NCBI GenBank assembly: GCA_937870775.1
Contig: CALMZU010000257.1
Span: 1-56,493, forward strand
Direction: 5' to 3'
Length of the DNA: 56,493 nt
DNA from: an uncultured Elusimicrobia bacterium
GTDB lineage: Bacteria; Elusimicrobiota; Elusimicrobia; Elusimicrobiales; UBA9959
Shown here: piece by piece, positions 8,416-17,491 of the stretch
How the letters are laid out: the number at the start of each line of letters is the position of its first letter
How positions within the stretch are numbered: position 1 is the stretch's first letter
Notes under the pieces: generated by a model
What the model was told of the DNA's origin: nothing
Databases searched by the model: none
What the model saw: the letters and a program-made list of their open reading frames with translations, nothing else
Program-made: the position numbers and the translations under genes

Positions 8416-10004
8416 TGCAAAAGACCAGGGCTTTCGCCGAATTCGAGACCTTCTACGGCCTTTTCAGGCCGCTGACCCCTTACGGCCGCGCCCGCCGCGA
8501 GAAGCGGACCCTGTTCACCTCCGCCGCGGAACTCAAGGCCGAGTACGACCTGACCGCCGCGGCGGCGGCCTTCCTCGGCTCCGCGCCGCACAAGGCCGAC
8601 AAGTTCCGCTTCCACCTGCGCAATATACCCGCCCCGGACCTTTCCCCGGAGGCGCTCGCCGCCCCGGCCGGGCTCTTCCTGGCCCGGAAGTTCCTTTCCA
8701 ACGTGCGCGCCGCTTTCGCGCTGCTGCCGGCGGCCGCCCGCGCTAAGTTCGGCGCGGCCTGGCGCTCGGACGGCCTGCTGGCCCTGCTGGACAAGGGCGG
8801 CGGCGGCGAGGCCTTCCATATAGCCGACGCCTACGAGCCGGAGCTGGCCGACGTGCGCGCCGGTATAGCCGGGCGCGACCGGGAACTGGCGCGCCTGCGC
8901 GAGGCCTGCCATAAACTGCTGCGGGAACGCCGCGGCCTGGACTTCAGCGACAGGGACTTCCTCGTCATCGACGAGAAGACCGCCTCCGGCTTCTCCGGAG
9001 CGCCCGAGGTCTTCGCCGAGCCTTTCGACGGCTCGCGCGTCACCGTGAAGCCGGTGTACGGCCGCGACTACATGGAAGCCGCGGCCGCGCGGGACAGGCT
9101 GCGCGCCCGGGAACAGGAACTGGAGACCGCGGTCTGCCGCCGCCTGGCCGCCGCCGTATCGGCGGAGCGGGCCGCCATGGAACTTTACGCCGAAGCCGTG
9201 GAACGCCTGGACGTGGCCTTCGAAAAGGCCCGGCTGGCCGCCGAACTCAAGCTGGAGCGCCCGCTGCTGCGCCGGGAACCCGGCGCTATAAGGCTGACGA
9301 AGGCCCGCTTCCTGCCGCTCGAGAACAGGCTGAAGGCGGCCGGCCTTAAATACACGCCGCTGACCGCCGTGTTCACCCGCCGGGTGAACGTGCTGTACGG
9401 TTCCAACATGGGAGGCAAGACCGTGGCGCTGAAAACGCTGGCCTTCGCCCAGCTGCTGGCGCAGAGCGGCTTCTTCGTGCCGGCGGCCTCGTTCGAGACC
9501 TGCGTGTTCGCGACCGTGGCCTTCATAGGCGGCGGCGAACTGGAGACCGCGGGGGGACTCAGCAGCTTCGGCCTGGAGATGAACGATTTCGCCGAGGCGC
9601 ACGCCGGGCTGAAGTCCGGCAGCGCGCTGCTGCTGATGGACGAGTTCGCCCGCACCACCAATTCGGAGGAGGCCGCCGCGCTGCTCAACGCGATGCTTGG
9701 CGATCTCGCCGCCCGCGACAACGCCTGCGCCTTCCTGGCCACGCATTTCTCGGGGATAGACGTGAAAGGCGCCGGGCGCTTCAAGATGCGCGGCTTCGAC
9801 ACCGCGGCTTTCAACGAGTACTTTTCGGGCAAGCCGGCCTGCGGGCTGGAAGAGAAATTAAGGATGATCAACAGGTTCATGCGCTACGAGCTCGCCGAAG
9901 GCGGCTCCGGGGACGAGGCACGCGACGCCATAAAGATCGCGGGCATACTCGGGGTCAGCCGGGCGATAATCAGGCGTGCGCAGGAACTGATGGAGGGAAA
10001 ATGA
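8412..10004 (+). CDS. MutS-domain-V-type ATPase without mismatch-recognition domains, candidate aminomutase reactivase ATPase
   Basis: 530 aa with Walker A 'GSNMGGKTVALKT' and Walker B 'LLLMDEFARTTN', as in the MutS ATPase domain. It is overlapped at both ends by neighbouring genes (ATGA). Confidence 0.7.
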   Translation: MMQKTRAFAEFETFYGLFRPLTPYGRARREKRTLFTSAAELKAEYDLTAAAAAFLGSAPHKADKFRFHLRNIPAPDLSPEALAAPAGLFLARKFLSNVRAAFALLPAAARAKFGAAWRSDGLLALLDKGGGGEAFHIADAYEPELADVRAGIAGRDRELARLREACHKLLRERRGLDFSDRDFLVIDEKTASGFSGAPEVFAEPFDGSRVTVKPVYGRDYMEAAAARDRLRAREQELETAVCRRLAAAVSAERAAMELYAEAVERLDVAFEKARLAAELKLERPLLRREPGAIRLTKARFLPLENRLKAAGLKYTPLTAVFTRRVNVLYGSNMGGKTVALKTLAFAQLLAQSGFFVPAASFETCVFATVAFIGGGELETAGGLSSFGLEMNDFAEAHAGLKSGSALLLMDEFARTTNSEEAAALLNAMLGDLAARDNACAFLATHFSGIDVKGAGRFKMRGFDTAAFNEYFSGKPACGLEEKLRMINRFMRYELAEGGSGDEARDAIKIAGILGVSRAIIRRAQELMEGK

Positions 10005-11569
10005 CACCGGTAAAGAGCAAGCTCGGACTTTCCAGGGCCAAGATAGACAAGGCCAGGGAACTGGCGGCGGCGGTCACGGCCCCCGTGCAGCAGTTCATAG
10101 ACAGGCACACCACGGTGACGATAGAGCGCGCGACGCTGCGCCTCCTGGGCGCGGACGGCGCGAACTCCGACGGCGTGCCGGTGCCCAACCTGATAGCGCA
10201 GCAATGCGCCGAGAAGCTCTCCGGCGGCGCCTCGCTGTACTACGTCAACGCGCTGGTGAAGCTGGGCAAGACCCCGGCCGAGCTCAACAAGGCCGTGGCC
10301 GGCGGGCTGGACCTCTCGCAGATAGAGCTGACCGACCGCAAGGCCATACAGAAGAAGGCCGACGAACTGATAAAGGGCCTCGACGGGCGGATAGCCGGCA
10401 ACGTGACGCACCGCAACGCCAAGCTGAGGCAGTACAAGGACAAGGTCAAGTCCCCGCTGATCTACGTCATCGTGGCCACCGGCAACATCTACGAGGACGT
10501 CAAGCAGGCGCAGGCCGCCGCGCTCCAGGGCGCGGACATCATAGCCGTCATCCGCACCACCGCGCAGAGCCTCCTCGACTACGTGCCGTACGGCGCCACC
10601 ACCGAAGGCTTCGGCGGCACCTACGCCACGCAGGAGAACTTCCGCATCATGCGCGCCGCGCTCGACGAGGTCGTCGACAAGGAAGGCCGCTACATACGCC
10701 TGGTCAATTACTGCTCCGGGCTCTGCATGCCCGAGATAGCCGCGATGGGCGCGATGGAGCGGCTGGACATGATGCTCAACGATTCCATGTACGGCATCCT
10801 GTTCCGGGACATCAACATGTACCGCACGTTCACGGACCAGTATTTCAGCCGCATGATCAATACCGCGGCCGACATCATCATCAATACCGGCGAGGACAAC
10901 TACCTCACCACGTCGGACGCCGTCGAAAAGGCGAATACCGTGCTGGCGAGCCAGCTGATCAACGAGCAGTTCGCCTTCAAGGCCGGCATGCCGGCCAGGC
11001 TGATGGGCCTCGGCCACGCCTTCGAGATAAACCCCGAGCTGAAGAACGGCTTCCTGTACGAGTACGCGCAGGCGCTGATGGCCCGGGAGATCTTCCCGGA
11101 ACACCCGCTGAAGTACATGCCGCCGACCAAGTTCATGACCGGCGACGTCTTCAAGGGCTACGCGATGAACACGCTGTTCAACTTCGTGTCCAAGGCCACC
11201 GGCCAGGGCATACACCTGCTCGGCATGCTGACCGAGGCCATACACACGCCGTACCTGCAGGACCGCCACCTCGCGATAGAGAACGCGCTGTACGTGCACA
11301 ACGCGATGGAGGACTTCGCCGGCGAGATAGAGTTCAGGAAGGGCGGCATCATGCAGAAGCGCGCCCAGCTGGTGCTGGACGAGACCATAGAGCTGCTCGG
11401 CGAGGTGAAGCGGCACGGCCTGTTCACCGCGATAGAGACCGGAATGTTCGCCGAGATCAAGCGCCCGCGCGACGGCGGCAAGGGCCTCGACGGCGTATAC
11501 GAGAAGTCCCCGGAATACTGGAACCCGGCCGAGGCGTACCTTAAGCGCAAGCTGAAGATCGGCAAATAA
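10001..11569 (+). CDS. kamD: Lysine (beta-lysine/D-lysine) 5,6-aminomutase, alpha subunit
   Basis: 522 aa. The size and sequence are typical of KamD, and the B12-binding partner KamE follows directly. Confidence 0.8.
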   Translation: MTPVKSKLGLSRAKIDKARELAAAVTAPVQQFIDRHTTVTIERATLRLLGADGANSDGVPVPNLIAQQCAEKLSGGASLYYVNALVKLGKTPAELNKAVAGGLDLSQIELTDRKAIQKKADELIKGLDGRIAGNVTHRNAKLRQYKDKVKSPLIYVIVATGNIYEDVKQAQAAALQGADIIAVIRTTAQSLLDYVPYGATTEGFGGTYATQENFRIMRAALDEVVDKEGRYIRLVNYCSGLCMPEIAAMGAMERLDMMLNDSMYGILFRDINMYRTFTDQYFSRMINTAADIIINTGEDNYLTTSDAVEKANTVLASQLINEQFAFKAGMPARLMGLGHAFEINPELKNGFLYEYAQALMAREIFPEHPLKYMPPTKFMTGDVFKGYAMNTLFNFVSKATGQGIHLLGMLTEAIHTPYLQDRHLAIENALYVHNAMEDFAGEIEFRKGGIMQKRAQLVLDETIELLGEVKRHGLFTAIETGMFAEIKRPRDGGKGLDGVYEKSPEYWNPAEAYLKRKLKIGK

Positions 11570-11579
11570 AGGAGCGTCT

Positions 11580-12317
11580 ATGTTCATAAAACCTTACGGC
11601 GACACATCCAACGACGGCGCGGTGCAGCTCTCCTTCACGCTGCCGGTGAAGAACTGCGGCAGGGCCAAGGAGGCGGCCAGGCTCTACGTGCAGAAGCTCG
11701 GCTTCCAGAAGGTGGACGTGGTCCACGCGGCGCCCCTGTCCGAAGAGTTCACGTTCTTCGTGGCGTACGGCAAGACCGACGTCGCGCTGGACTACGACAA
11801 GGTGGAGTACGCCGAGGCCGTCGACAAGTACATGTCGATGGACGAGGTCAACGACTTCATCAAGACCCACTTCAAGCGCAAGATCGTGATAGTGGGCGCG
11901 TGCTCCGGCACCGACGCGCACACCGTCGGCATAGACGCCATCATGAACATGAAGGGCTACAACCACCACTTCGGCCTGGAGCGCTACCCGATGATAGAGG
12001 CGCTCAACATGGGCTCGCAGGTCCCGAACGAGCGGCTGCTGGCGAAGGCCCGCGAGCTGAAGGCCGACGCGGTGCTGGTCTCGCAGATCGTCACGCAGAA
12101 GGACGTGCATATAAAGAACCTGACCGAACTGATAGAGCTGGCCGAGGCCGAGAAGATGAGGGGGAAGACCCTGCTCGTCGTCGGCGGCCCGCGCGTCAAC
12201 AACAAACTGGCCAAGGAGCTGGGCTACGACGCCGGCTTCGGCCCCGGCACCTACGCCGAGCACGTCGCGACTTTCGTAGTGAAGAAGCTGCACGAGCGCA
12301 TGATCGGGAAGAAATAA
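11580..12317 (+). CDS. kamE: Lysine 5,6-aminomutase, beta subunit (cobalamin- and PLP-binding)
   Basis: 245 aa with the base-off/His-on B12 motif 'DAHTVG' (DxHxxG). The SD 'aaggag' lies upstream. Confidence 0.8.
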   Translation: MFIKPYGDTSNDGAVQLSFTLPVKNCGRAKEAARLYVQKLGFQKVDVVHAAPLSEEFTFFVAYGKTDVALDYDKVEYAEAVDKYMSMDEVNDFIKTHFKRKIVIVGACSGTDAHTVGIDAIMNMKGYNHHFGLERYPMIEALNMGSQVPNERLLAKARELKADAVLVSQIVTQKDVHIKNLTELIELAEAEKMRGKTLLVVGGPRVNNKLAKELGYDAGFGPGTYAEHVATFVVKKLHERMIGKK

Positions 12318-12330
12318 GGAGAACCCTCAA

Positions 12331-13575
12331 ATGTCCGAACACCTGAAACTTGATAACTCCGAGCGCCTCTACAAGGAGTCGCAGGAACTGATACCCGGCG
12401 GCATGATGGGCATACGCCGCCCCTACAACTTCGTGCCGGGCGAGTACCCGATATTCTTCGACAGCGCGAAGGGCGGCAAGGTCACCGACGTGGACGGCAA
12501 CGAGTACATAGACATGCTGTGCGCGTACGGACCCATCATCATAGGCCACCGCGAGCGCGAGATCGACCAGGCCGTGATAAAGCAGATAAAGGAGAAGGGT
12601 TTCTGCATGTCCATCGTGCAGGAGGTACAGAACCAGCTGGCGCGCAAGGTGATCTCGATGGTGCCGTGCGCCCAGAAGGTGGTCTTCACGAAGACCGGTT
12701 CCGACTCCACGACGCTGGCCGGCCGCATAGCCCGGGCCTTCACCGGCAGGAGCAAGGTGATACGCTGCGGCTACCACGGCTGGGCCGACTGGTGCGTCGA
12801 GAACAAGGGCGGCGTGCTCGCCAAGAACTACGAGGACACGCTGGAGTTCGAGTACAACAACCTGCAGCAGCTCGAGGACCTGATGAAGGCCCACGGCTCC
12901 GACGTGGCGCTGATCATAGTGACCCCGCTGGGGCACCCCAACGCGCACGAGGTGGAGCGCCCGAAGCCCGGCTTCCTCGAGGGCGTCAAGAAGCTCGCCG
13001 AGCAGCACGGCGCGGTTCTCTGCTTCGACGAGATCCGCACCGGCTTCCGCGTGAGCCTCGGCGGCGCGCAGAAGTTCTTCGGCGTGACGCCGCACATGGC
13101 CACTTTCGGCAAGGCGATGGCCAACGGCTACGAGATCAGCATGGTGGCCGGCCGCGCCGACATCATGGACGTGCTGGTCAGCAAGGCCTTCGTCAGCTCG
13201 ACGTACTTCAACAACACTCTTCCCATGGTGGCGTCGCTCAAGACGCTTGAGATACTCGAGCGCGACGGCGTGCTCGACGTCATCGCCAGGCGCGGCCAGG
13301 CCTTCTGCAACAAGGTCCGCCGCCACGTGAAGGCCAGCGGCCTGCCGGTCACGTTCACCGGCGAGCCGTGGATGCCCTACATCACCTTCGACAAGGACGA
13401 GACCGGCCGCTACAAGAAGATGCGCGTGAAGTTCTACACCGAGCTGATACGCCGCAAGGTGTTCCTGCAGCCCTACCACCACGGCTACGTGGCCTACAGG
13501 CACAGCGCGAAGGACCTGAACTACGCGGCCGACATGATAGCCGAGTCGCTGGAAGAGGTGAAGAAGGCGGCCTGA
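12331..13575 (+). CDS. Class-III (GSA-aminomutase-like) PLP aminotransferase, candidate 3-aminobutyryl-CoA aminotransferase
   Basis: 414 aa. 'GGMMGIRRP...DVDGNEYIDMLCAYGPIIIGH' is typical of the class III fold. It is the last gene of the lysine operon, and no kal-type ammonia-lyase is present. Confidence 0.7.
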   Translation: MSEHLKLDNSERLYKESQELIPGGMMGIRRPYNFVPGEYPIFFDSAKGGKVTDVDGNEYIDMLCAYGPIIIGHREREIDQAVIKQIKEKGFCMSIVQEVQNQLARKVISMVPCAQKVVFTKTGSDSTTLAGRIARAFTGRSKVIRCGYHGWADWCVENKGGVLAKNYEDTLEFEYNNLQQLEDLMKAHGSDVALIIVTPLGHPNAHEVERPKPGFLEGVKKLAEQHGAVLCFDEIRTGFRVSLGGAQKFFGVTPHMATFGKAMANGYEISMVAGRADIMDVLVSKAFVSSTYFNNTLPMVASLKTLEILERDGVLDVIARRGQAFCNKVRRHVKASGLPVTFTGEPWMPYITFDKDETGRYKKMRVKFYTELIRRKVFLQPYHHGYVAYRHSAKDLNYAADMIAESLEEVKKAA

Positions 13576-13584
13576 CCGCCGTTG

Positions 13585-13615
13585 CCGCCGGCGGGGGGAA
13601 CTCCGCCGGCGGTTT
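13585..13615 (+). terminator. Weak terminator-like hairpin after the aminotransferase gene
   Basis: ccgccggcgg (13585-13594) pairs with ccgccggcgg (13603-13612) and is followed by only TTT. Confidence 0.35.
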
Positions 13616-13619
13616 ACGA

Positions 13620-14468
13620 ATGACAGAACTGGCGAAGAAGGCGTTAAGGCGCACCTGGGGCACGCTCAGGCTGGCGGCCCAGAAGTTCCTGGCCATAGAC
13701 GGCGGCCAGAGGGCCGCCGCGTTCGCCTATAGCGCCCTCTTCGCGCTGTTCCCCCTGATCATACTGCTGGCGGCCGCGACCTCGGTGTTCACCGACCGAG
13801 GAGAAGCCGCGGGCGCGGTGATAGCCCAGGCGGAGACCTTCGTGCCGCTGGGCGAGGACATGCAGCGCCACCTCTTCGGCACGGTCTCGCACGTGATACG
13901 GGCCCGCGGCCAGGCCAGCATAGTGGCGCTGGTGATGCTGGTCTGGGTGGCGGCCCAGTTCTTCACGACGCTGATACAGGCCTCCAACCGGGCCTGGGGC
14001 ACGTCGGGCAACAACTGGTGGAAGCTGCCGCTGAAGAGCCTGGCCCTGCTGGCCATAGTGACGCTCGGTTTCCTTATAGGCGTAGCCGTACCTATGGCGG
14101 CGAAACTTGCCCGTGACGTGCTGCCGGTGAACGGCTTCTTCCCGGCGGCCTACAACCTGGGCCTCGGCGCCCTTTCCTGGGGCACGGTGTTCTTCAGCCT
14201 CGCCTTCTTCTACAAGCTCGCGCCGCACCGCCGCACCCGCTACTCCGAGGTGTGGGTGTCAGCCCTGTGCGCCACGGCGCTGCTGCACGCCGCGCAGACC
14301 CTGTTCGTGATGTACCTGCGCGCCTTCGGCGGCTTCGACGCCCTGTACGGGGCCTTCGGCGCCGTGATGGCGCTCCTGCTCTGGATCTACGTCTCCGGGG
14401 TCATCTTCATATTCTGCGCCTGCCTGAGCGCCGCCCAGGCGGCCACCAGGGCGCAGCCGCATGCCTGA
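13620..14468 (+). CDS. YihY/BrkB-family inner-membrane protein
   Basis: ATG 13620 ('MTELAKKALRRTWGTLRLAAQKFL...DGGQRAAAFAYSALFALFP'). It has multiple hydrophobic helices and a family-typical N-terminus. Confidence 0.7.
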   Translation: MTELAKKALRRTWGTLRLAAQKFLAIDGGQRAAAFAYSALFALFPLIILLAAATSVFTDRGEAAGAVIAQAETFVPLGEDMQRHLFGTVSHVIRARGQASIVALVMLVWVAAQFFTTLIQASNRAWGTSGNNWWKLPLKSLALLAIVTLGFLIGVAVPMAAKLARDVLPVNGFFPAAYNLGLGALSWGTVFFSLAFFYKLAPHRRTRYSEVWVSALCATALLHAAQTLFVMYLRAFGGFDALYGAFGAVMALLLWIYVSGVIFIFCACLSAAQAATRAQPHA

Positions 14469-15645
14469 GAAGCCTCTCGTCGTCCACATCATAACCAGGC
14501 TGGAGCCGGGCGGCTCCAGCCGCAACGTCATAGATTCCTGCGCCGCCCAGGCGGCCGACTTCTCCGTGGCGCTGCTGTCCGGCCCGCACCCGGCGTCGGC
14601 GCCGCTGCTCGCCCTGCTGCCGCCCGACGTCAAGTACGTCGAGATAAAACACCTCGGGAGGGAGATAAGCCCGCTGGCGGACCTGCGCGCCCTCGCCGAG
14701 ATAAGGGCGCAGCTGGCCGCGCTGGGGCCCGACCTGGTGCATACCCACACCTCCAAGGCGGGGGCGCTGGGCAGGCTCGCGGCCTTCTTGCACAACCGCG
14801 GCGCGGCGCGCCGCGCGGCCGTCGTGCACACCCCGCACGGCCACCTGCTTTACGGGTATTACGGCCCGGCCAGGACCCGGCTGTTCCTGTCCATAGAGCG
14901 CCTGCTGGCCCGGATCACCGACCGCTTCGTGGCCCTGACAGAAGGGGAGAAGCGCGAGTCCGCCGGCGCAGGCATAGGCCGCGAGGCCGATTGGGCGGTG
15001 ATACACAGCGGCGTCGACCTGACGCCGCCGGCCAGCCCGGCCCGCAAAGAGGACCTGGGCCTGCCGCCGGACTGCCTGGCCGCCGGCACCGTGGCCCGGC
15101 TTGAGCCGGTGAAAGGCGTGGAGTATTTCATACGGGCGGCCGCGATACTGAAGGACCGGCCCCATTGCGCGGCGCTGCGCTTCGCCGTGATAGGCGGCGG
15201 CGCGCTCGAGGGGCGGCTGAAAAAGCTGGCGGCGGACCTCGGCGTGGCCGACCGCGTGGCGTTCACCGGCTTCCGCGACGACGCGGCCGCGCTGATGGCC
15301 GCGCTGGACATATACGTACAGCCCTCGCTCAACGAGGCCATGGGCCGCGCGCCGCTGGAGGCGCAGGCGCTCGGCATACCGGCGGTGGTCAGCCGCGTCT
15401 GCGGCCTGCCCGACGTGATCCGCGAGGGGGAGACGGGCTGCTCGGTGCCGCCGGCGGACGCCGGGGCGCTCGCCGACGCGATAGAGAAACTGGCGGCCTT
15501 CCCCGAGGCCCGGGCGCGCAAGGGCGCCGCGGCCGCGGCCTGGGCGCTCTCGCGGGGGGAAGGCGGCCTTACGCGCTTCGGCGCGGACAGCATGAACGCG
15601 CTGCTGAAAAAGTTCTATAATGAGCTCCTCGCGCGACGGCGCTGA
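14461..15645 (+). CDS. GT-B glycosyltransferase (family 4-like)
   Basis: 394 aa with 'HTHTSKAGALGR' and 'NEAMGRAPLEAQALGIP' (EX7E-type region). It overlaps the preceding gene by 8 nt and is a paralogue of 49141..50283. Confidence 0.8.
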   Translation: MPEKPLVVHIITRLEPGGSSRNVIDSCAAQAADFSVALLSGPHPASAPLLALLPPDVKYVEIKHLGREISPLADLRALAEIRAQLAALGPDLVHTHTSKAGALGRLAAFLHNRGAARRAAVVHTPHGHLLYGYYGPARTRLFLSIERLLARITDRFVALTEGEKRESAGAGIGREADWAVIHSGVDLTPPASPARKEDLGLPPDCLAAGTVARLEPVKGVEYFIRAAAILKDRPHCAALRFAVIGGGALEGRLKKLAADLGVADRVAFTGFRDDAAALMAALDIYVQPSLNEAMGRAPLEAQALGIPAVVSRVCGLPDVIREGETGCSVPPADAGALADAIEKLAAFPEARARKGAAAAAWALSRGEGGLTRFGADSMNALLKKFYNELLARRR

Positions 15646-15661
15646 CGGACAGGGGGGGAAT

Positions 15662-16021
15662 ATGCCGCTGATACTCGCGGTCGACGACGACCTGAACATA
15701 CTGGAGATCTACAAAGGCATCTTCGGCGAAGCCGGCTTCGAGGTGCGGACGGCGGAGGACGCCGTCTCGGCGGTGATGCTCTTCCAGCAGTTCCAGCCGG
15801 ACCTGCTGGTCCTCGACGTGGACATGCCCGCGGGCGGGGGGCAGAAGGTGTTCGACCGCCTGCGCAACCTCTTCCAGACCGCGGTCCCGATAATATTCGC
15901 CACCGGCCGCCCGGAGAACGTTGCGCACCTGGCGAAGCTGGCGAACGTGGCGATACTGAAAAAGCCGTTCGACCCCGCGAGCCTGGTGGCGGAGGCGAAG
16001 CGCCTGCTGCGCCTGGCCTGA
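15662..16021 (+). CDS. Stand-alone response-regulator receiver domain (CheY-like)
   Basis: ATG 15662 is preceded by 'gggggggaat'. It has the acidic pocket 'AVDDD', phospho-acceptor 'LVLDVDMP', and 'FATG' and 'KKPF'. There is no output domain. Confidence 0.8.
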   Translation: MPLILAVDDDLNILEIYKGIFGEAGFEVRTAEDAVSAVMLFQQFQPDLLVLDVDMPAGGGQKVFDRLRNLFQTAVPIIFATGRPENVAHLAKLANVAILKKPFDPASLVAEAKRLLRLA

Positions 16022-16045
16022 CGTCCGTTCTCCGACGTGAAAAAG

Positions 16046-16071
16046 ACCGGGTTTAAAACCCGGTTTTTTTT
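16046..16071 (+). terminator. Rho-independent terminator after the receiver gene
   Basis: accggg pairs with cccggt, followed by T8. Confidence 0.75.
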
Positions 16072-16079
16072 GATATACT
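16071..16079 (+). promoter_or_regulatory. Candidate extended -10 promoter (TGaTATACT) of the oxidoreductase operon
   Basis: An AT-rich patch lies directly after the terminator. The implied leader to ATG 16187 is about 100 nt. Confidence 0.35.
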
Positions 16080-16186
16080 TTTTATATAGGCTCAGCACGC
16101 GTGAACTCCGGCAGTTGAACAGAAGCCTAACGGCAAACCGCCGCCCCGCCCGCCGCGCCTTAAGCAGTGTCCCGGAGGACCTATCT

Positions 16187-16390
16187 ATGCCCAAGATGGA
16201 AGTCGACGTGAACCGGTGCAAAGGCTGCTACCTGTGCATCCAGGTTTGTCCCAAGAAGTGCATCGAAAAATCCGATAAATTCTCCAAGACCGGCTACTAC
16301 CCGGCCAAGGACGCCAAGGAAGGCTGCTGCATCGCGTGCATGAGCTGCGTGCGCATCTGTCCCGACCTGGCCATTACGGTCTATAAGTAA
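16187..16390 (+). CDS. 2-oxoacid:ferredoxin oxidoreductase, delta (2x[4Fe-4S] ferredoxin-like) subunit
   Basis: ATG 16187 follows the SD 'ggagga'. It has two Cys clusters, 'CKGCYLCIQVCP' and 'CIACMSCVRICP'. The ORF-track start at 16037 spans the terminator and promoter and is rejected. Confidence 0.8.
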   Translation: MPKMEVDVNRCKGCYLCIQVCPKKCIEKSDKFSKTGYYPAKDAKEGCCIACMSCVRICPDLAITVYK

Positions 16391-16399
16391 GGAGGCAAC

Positions 16400-17491
16400 A
16401 TGGCTGAAAAGAAACTCTGGAAAGGCAATGAAGCCCTCGCGGAGGGCGCGCTGCGCGCCGGCTGCCGCTTCTTCGCCGGTTACCCGATAACCCCGCAGAA
16501 CGAGGTTCCGGAATACATGTCCTGGCGCCTGCCCCAGGTGGGCGGCGCGTTCATACAGTCCGAGAGCGAGGTCTCGGCTATAAACATGGTCTACGCGGCG
16601 TCCGCCACCGGCGTGCGCTCGATGACCTCCTCGTCGAGCCCCGGCATCAGCCTCAAGCAGGAAGGCCTGTCCTACTGCGCCGGCGCCGACCTCCCGCTCC
16701 TGATCGCCAACGTGATGCGCGGCGGCCCCGGCCTCGGCAACATAGCCGGCGCGCAGGGCGACTACTTCCAGTCCACGCGCGGCGGCGGACACGGCGACTA
16801 CCGCCTGTTCGTGATGGCGCCCAACGGCGTCAACGAGATGGCCAATTTCCCGCAGAAGTGCTACGAGGTGGCCTACAAGTACCGCATCCCGTCGATGATA
16901 CTCGCCGACGGCATCATCGGCCAGATGATGGAGCCCGTTGAGTTCACGAACCCCGAGATAGACGTGACGACGCTCACGAAGCCCGAGTGGGCCATAGGCG
17001 TCAACACGACCGGCCGCCCGAAGCGCATAGCCAAGTCCTACGACCTGCGCGACGGCTACCTTGAGAAAATGGTCAACGAGCGCGTGCAGCGCTACAACGA
17101 GATCGAGAAGAACGAGGTCATCTTCGAGGAGAAGATGATGGACGACGCCGAGATCGTGATCGTGGCCTACGGCACGGCCGCCCGCATCTCCACCGCCGCG
17201 ATGAAGCTGGCGCGCGAGAGGGGGCTCAAGGTGGGCCTGCTGCGCCCGATAACCCTGTGGCCGTTCCCGAAGGCCCGCATCGTCGAGCTTTCCAAGCGCG
17301 TCAAGAAGTTCATGGTCGTCGAGATGAGCCTCGGCCAGATGGTGGAGGACGTGCTGCTGGCGCTGAACGGCCGCGCGGACGTGCACCTGCATGCCAGGCC
17401 CGGCGCCGGCGTAATGACCGCCGACGACGTCTGCAAGGACATAGAGAAGATCCTCAAGAAGGGGGCCAAAGCTTATGCAGCAGTTAAATAA
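16400..17491 (+). CDS. 2-oxoacid:ferredoxin oxidoreductase, alpha subunit
   Basis: 363 aa. 'KGNEALAEGALRAGCRFFAGYPITPQNE' is typical of the Kor/Vor/Por alpha subunit. Substrate specificity is not determinable here. Confidence 0.85.
   Translation: MAEKKLWKGNEALAEGALRAGCRFFAGYPITPQNEVPEYMSWRLPQVGGAFIQSESEVSAINMVYAASATGVRSMTSSSSPGISLKQEGLSYCAGADLPLLIANVMRGGPGLGNIAGAQGDYFQSTRGGGHGDYRLFVMAPNGVNEMANFPQKCYEVAYKYRIPSMILADGIIGQMMEPVEFTNPEIDVTTLTKPEWAIGVNTTGRPKRIAKSYDLRDGYLEKMVNERVQRYNEIEKNEVIFEEKMMDDAEIVIVAYGTAARISTAAMKLARERGLKVGLLRPITLWPFPKARIVELSKRVKKFMVVEMSLGQMVEDVLLALNGRADVHLHARPGAGVMTADDVCKDIEKILKKGAKAYAAVK

Noticed and set aside
15620-15661. The ORF-track start at 15620 for the receiver gene, plus similar upstream starts at 42224 (GTG) for DUF885, 38948 for the TPR-like gene, 39736 for the ABC-2 permease, 46692 for tig, 16037 for the delta subunit and 13368 for YihY.
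   Set aside because: The downstream starts are preceded by good SD sites or form start/stop overlaps with the upstream gene, and they give family-typical N-termini. The upstream extensions overlap neighbouring genes or regulatory elements.
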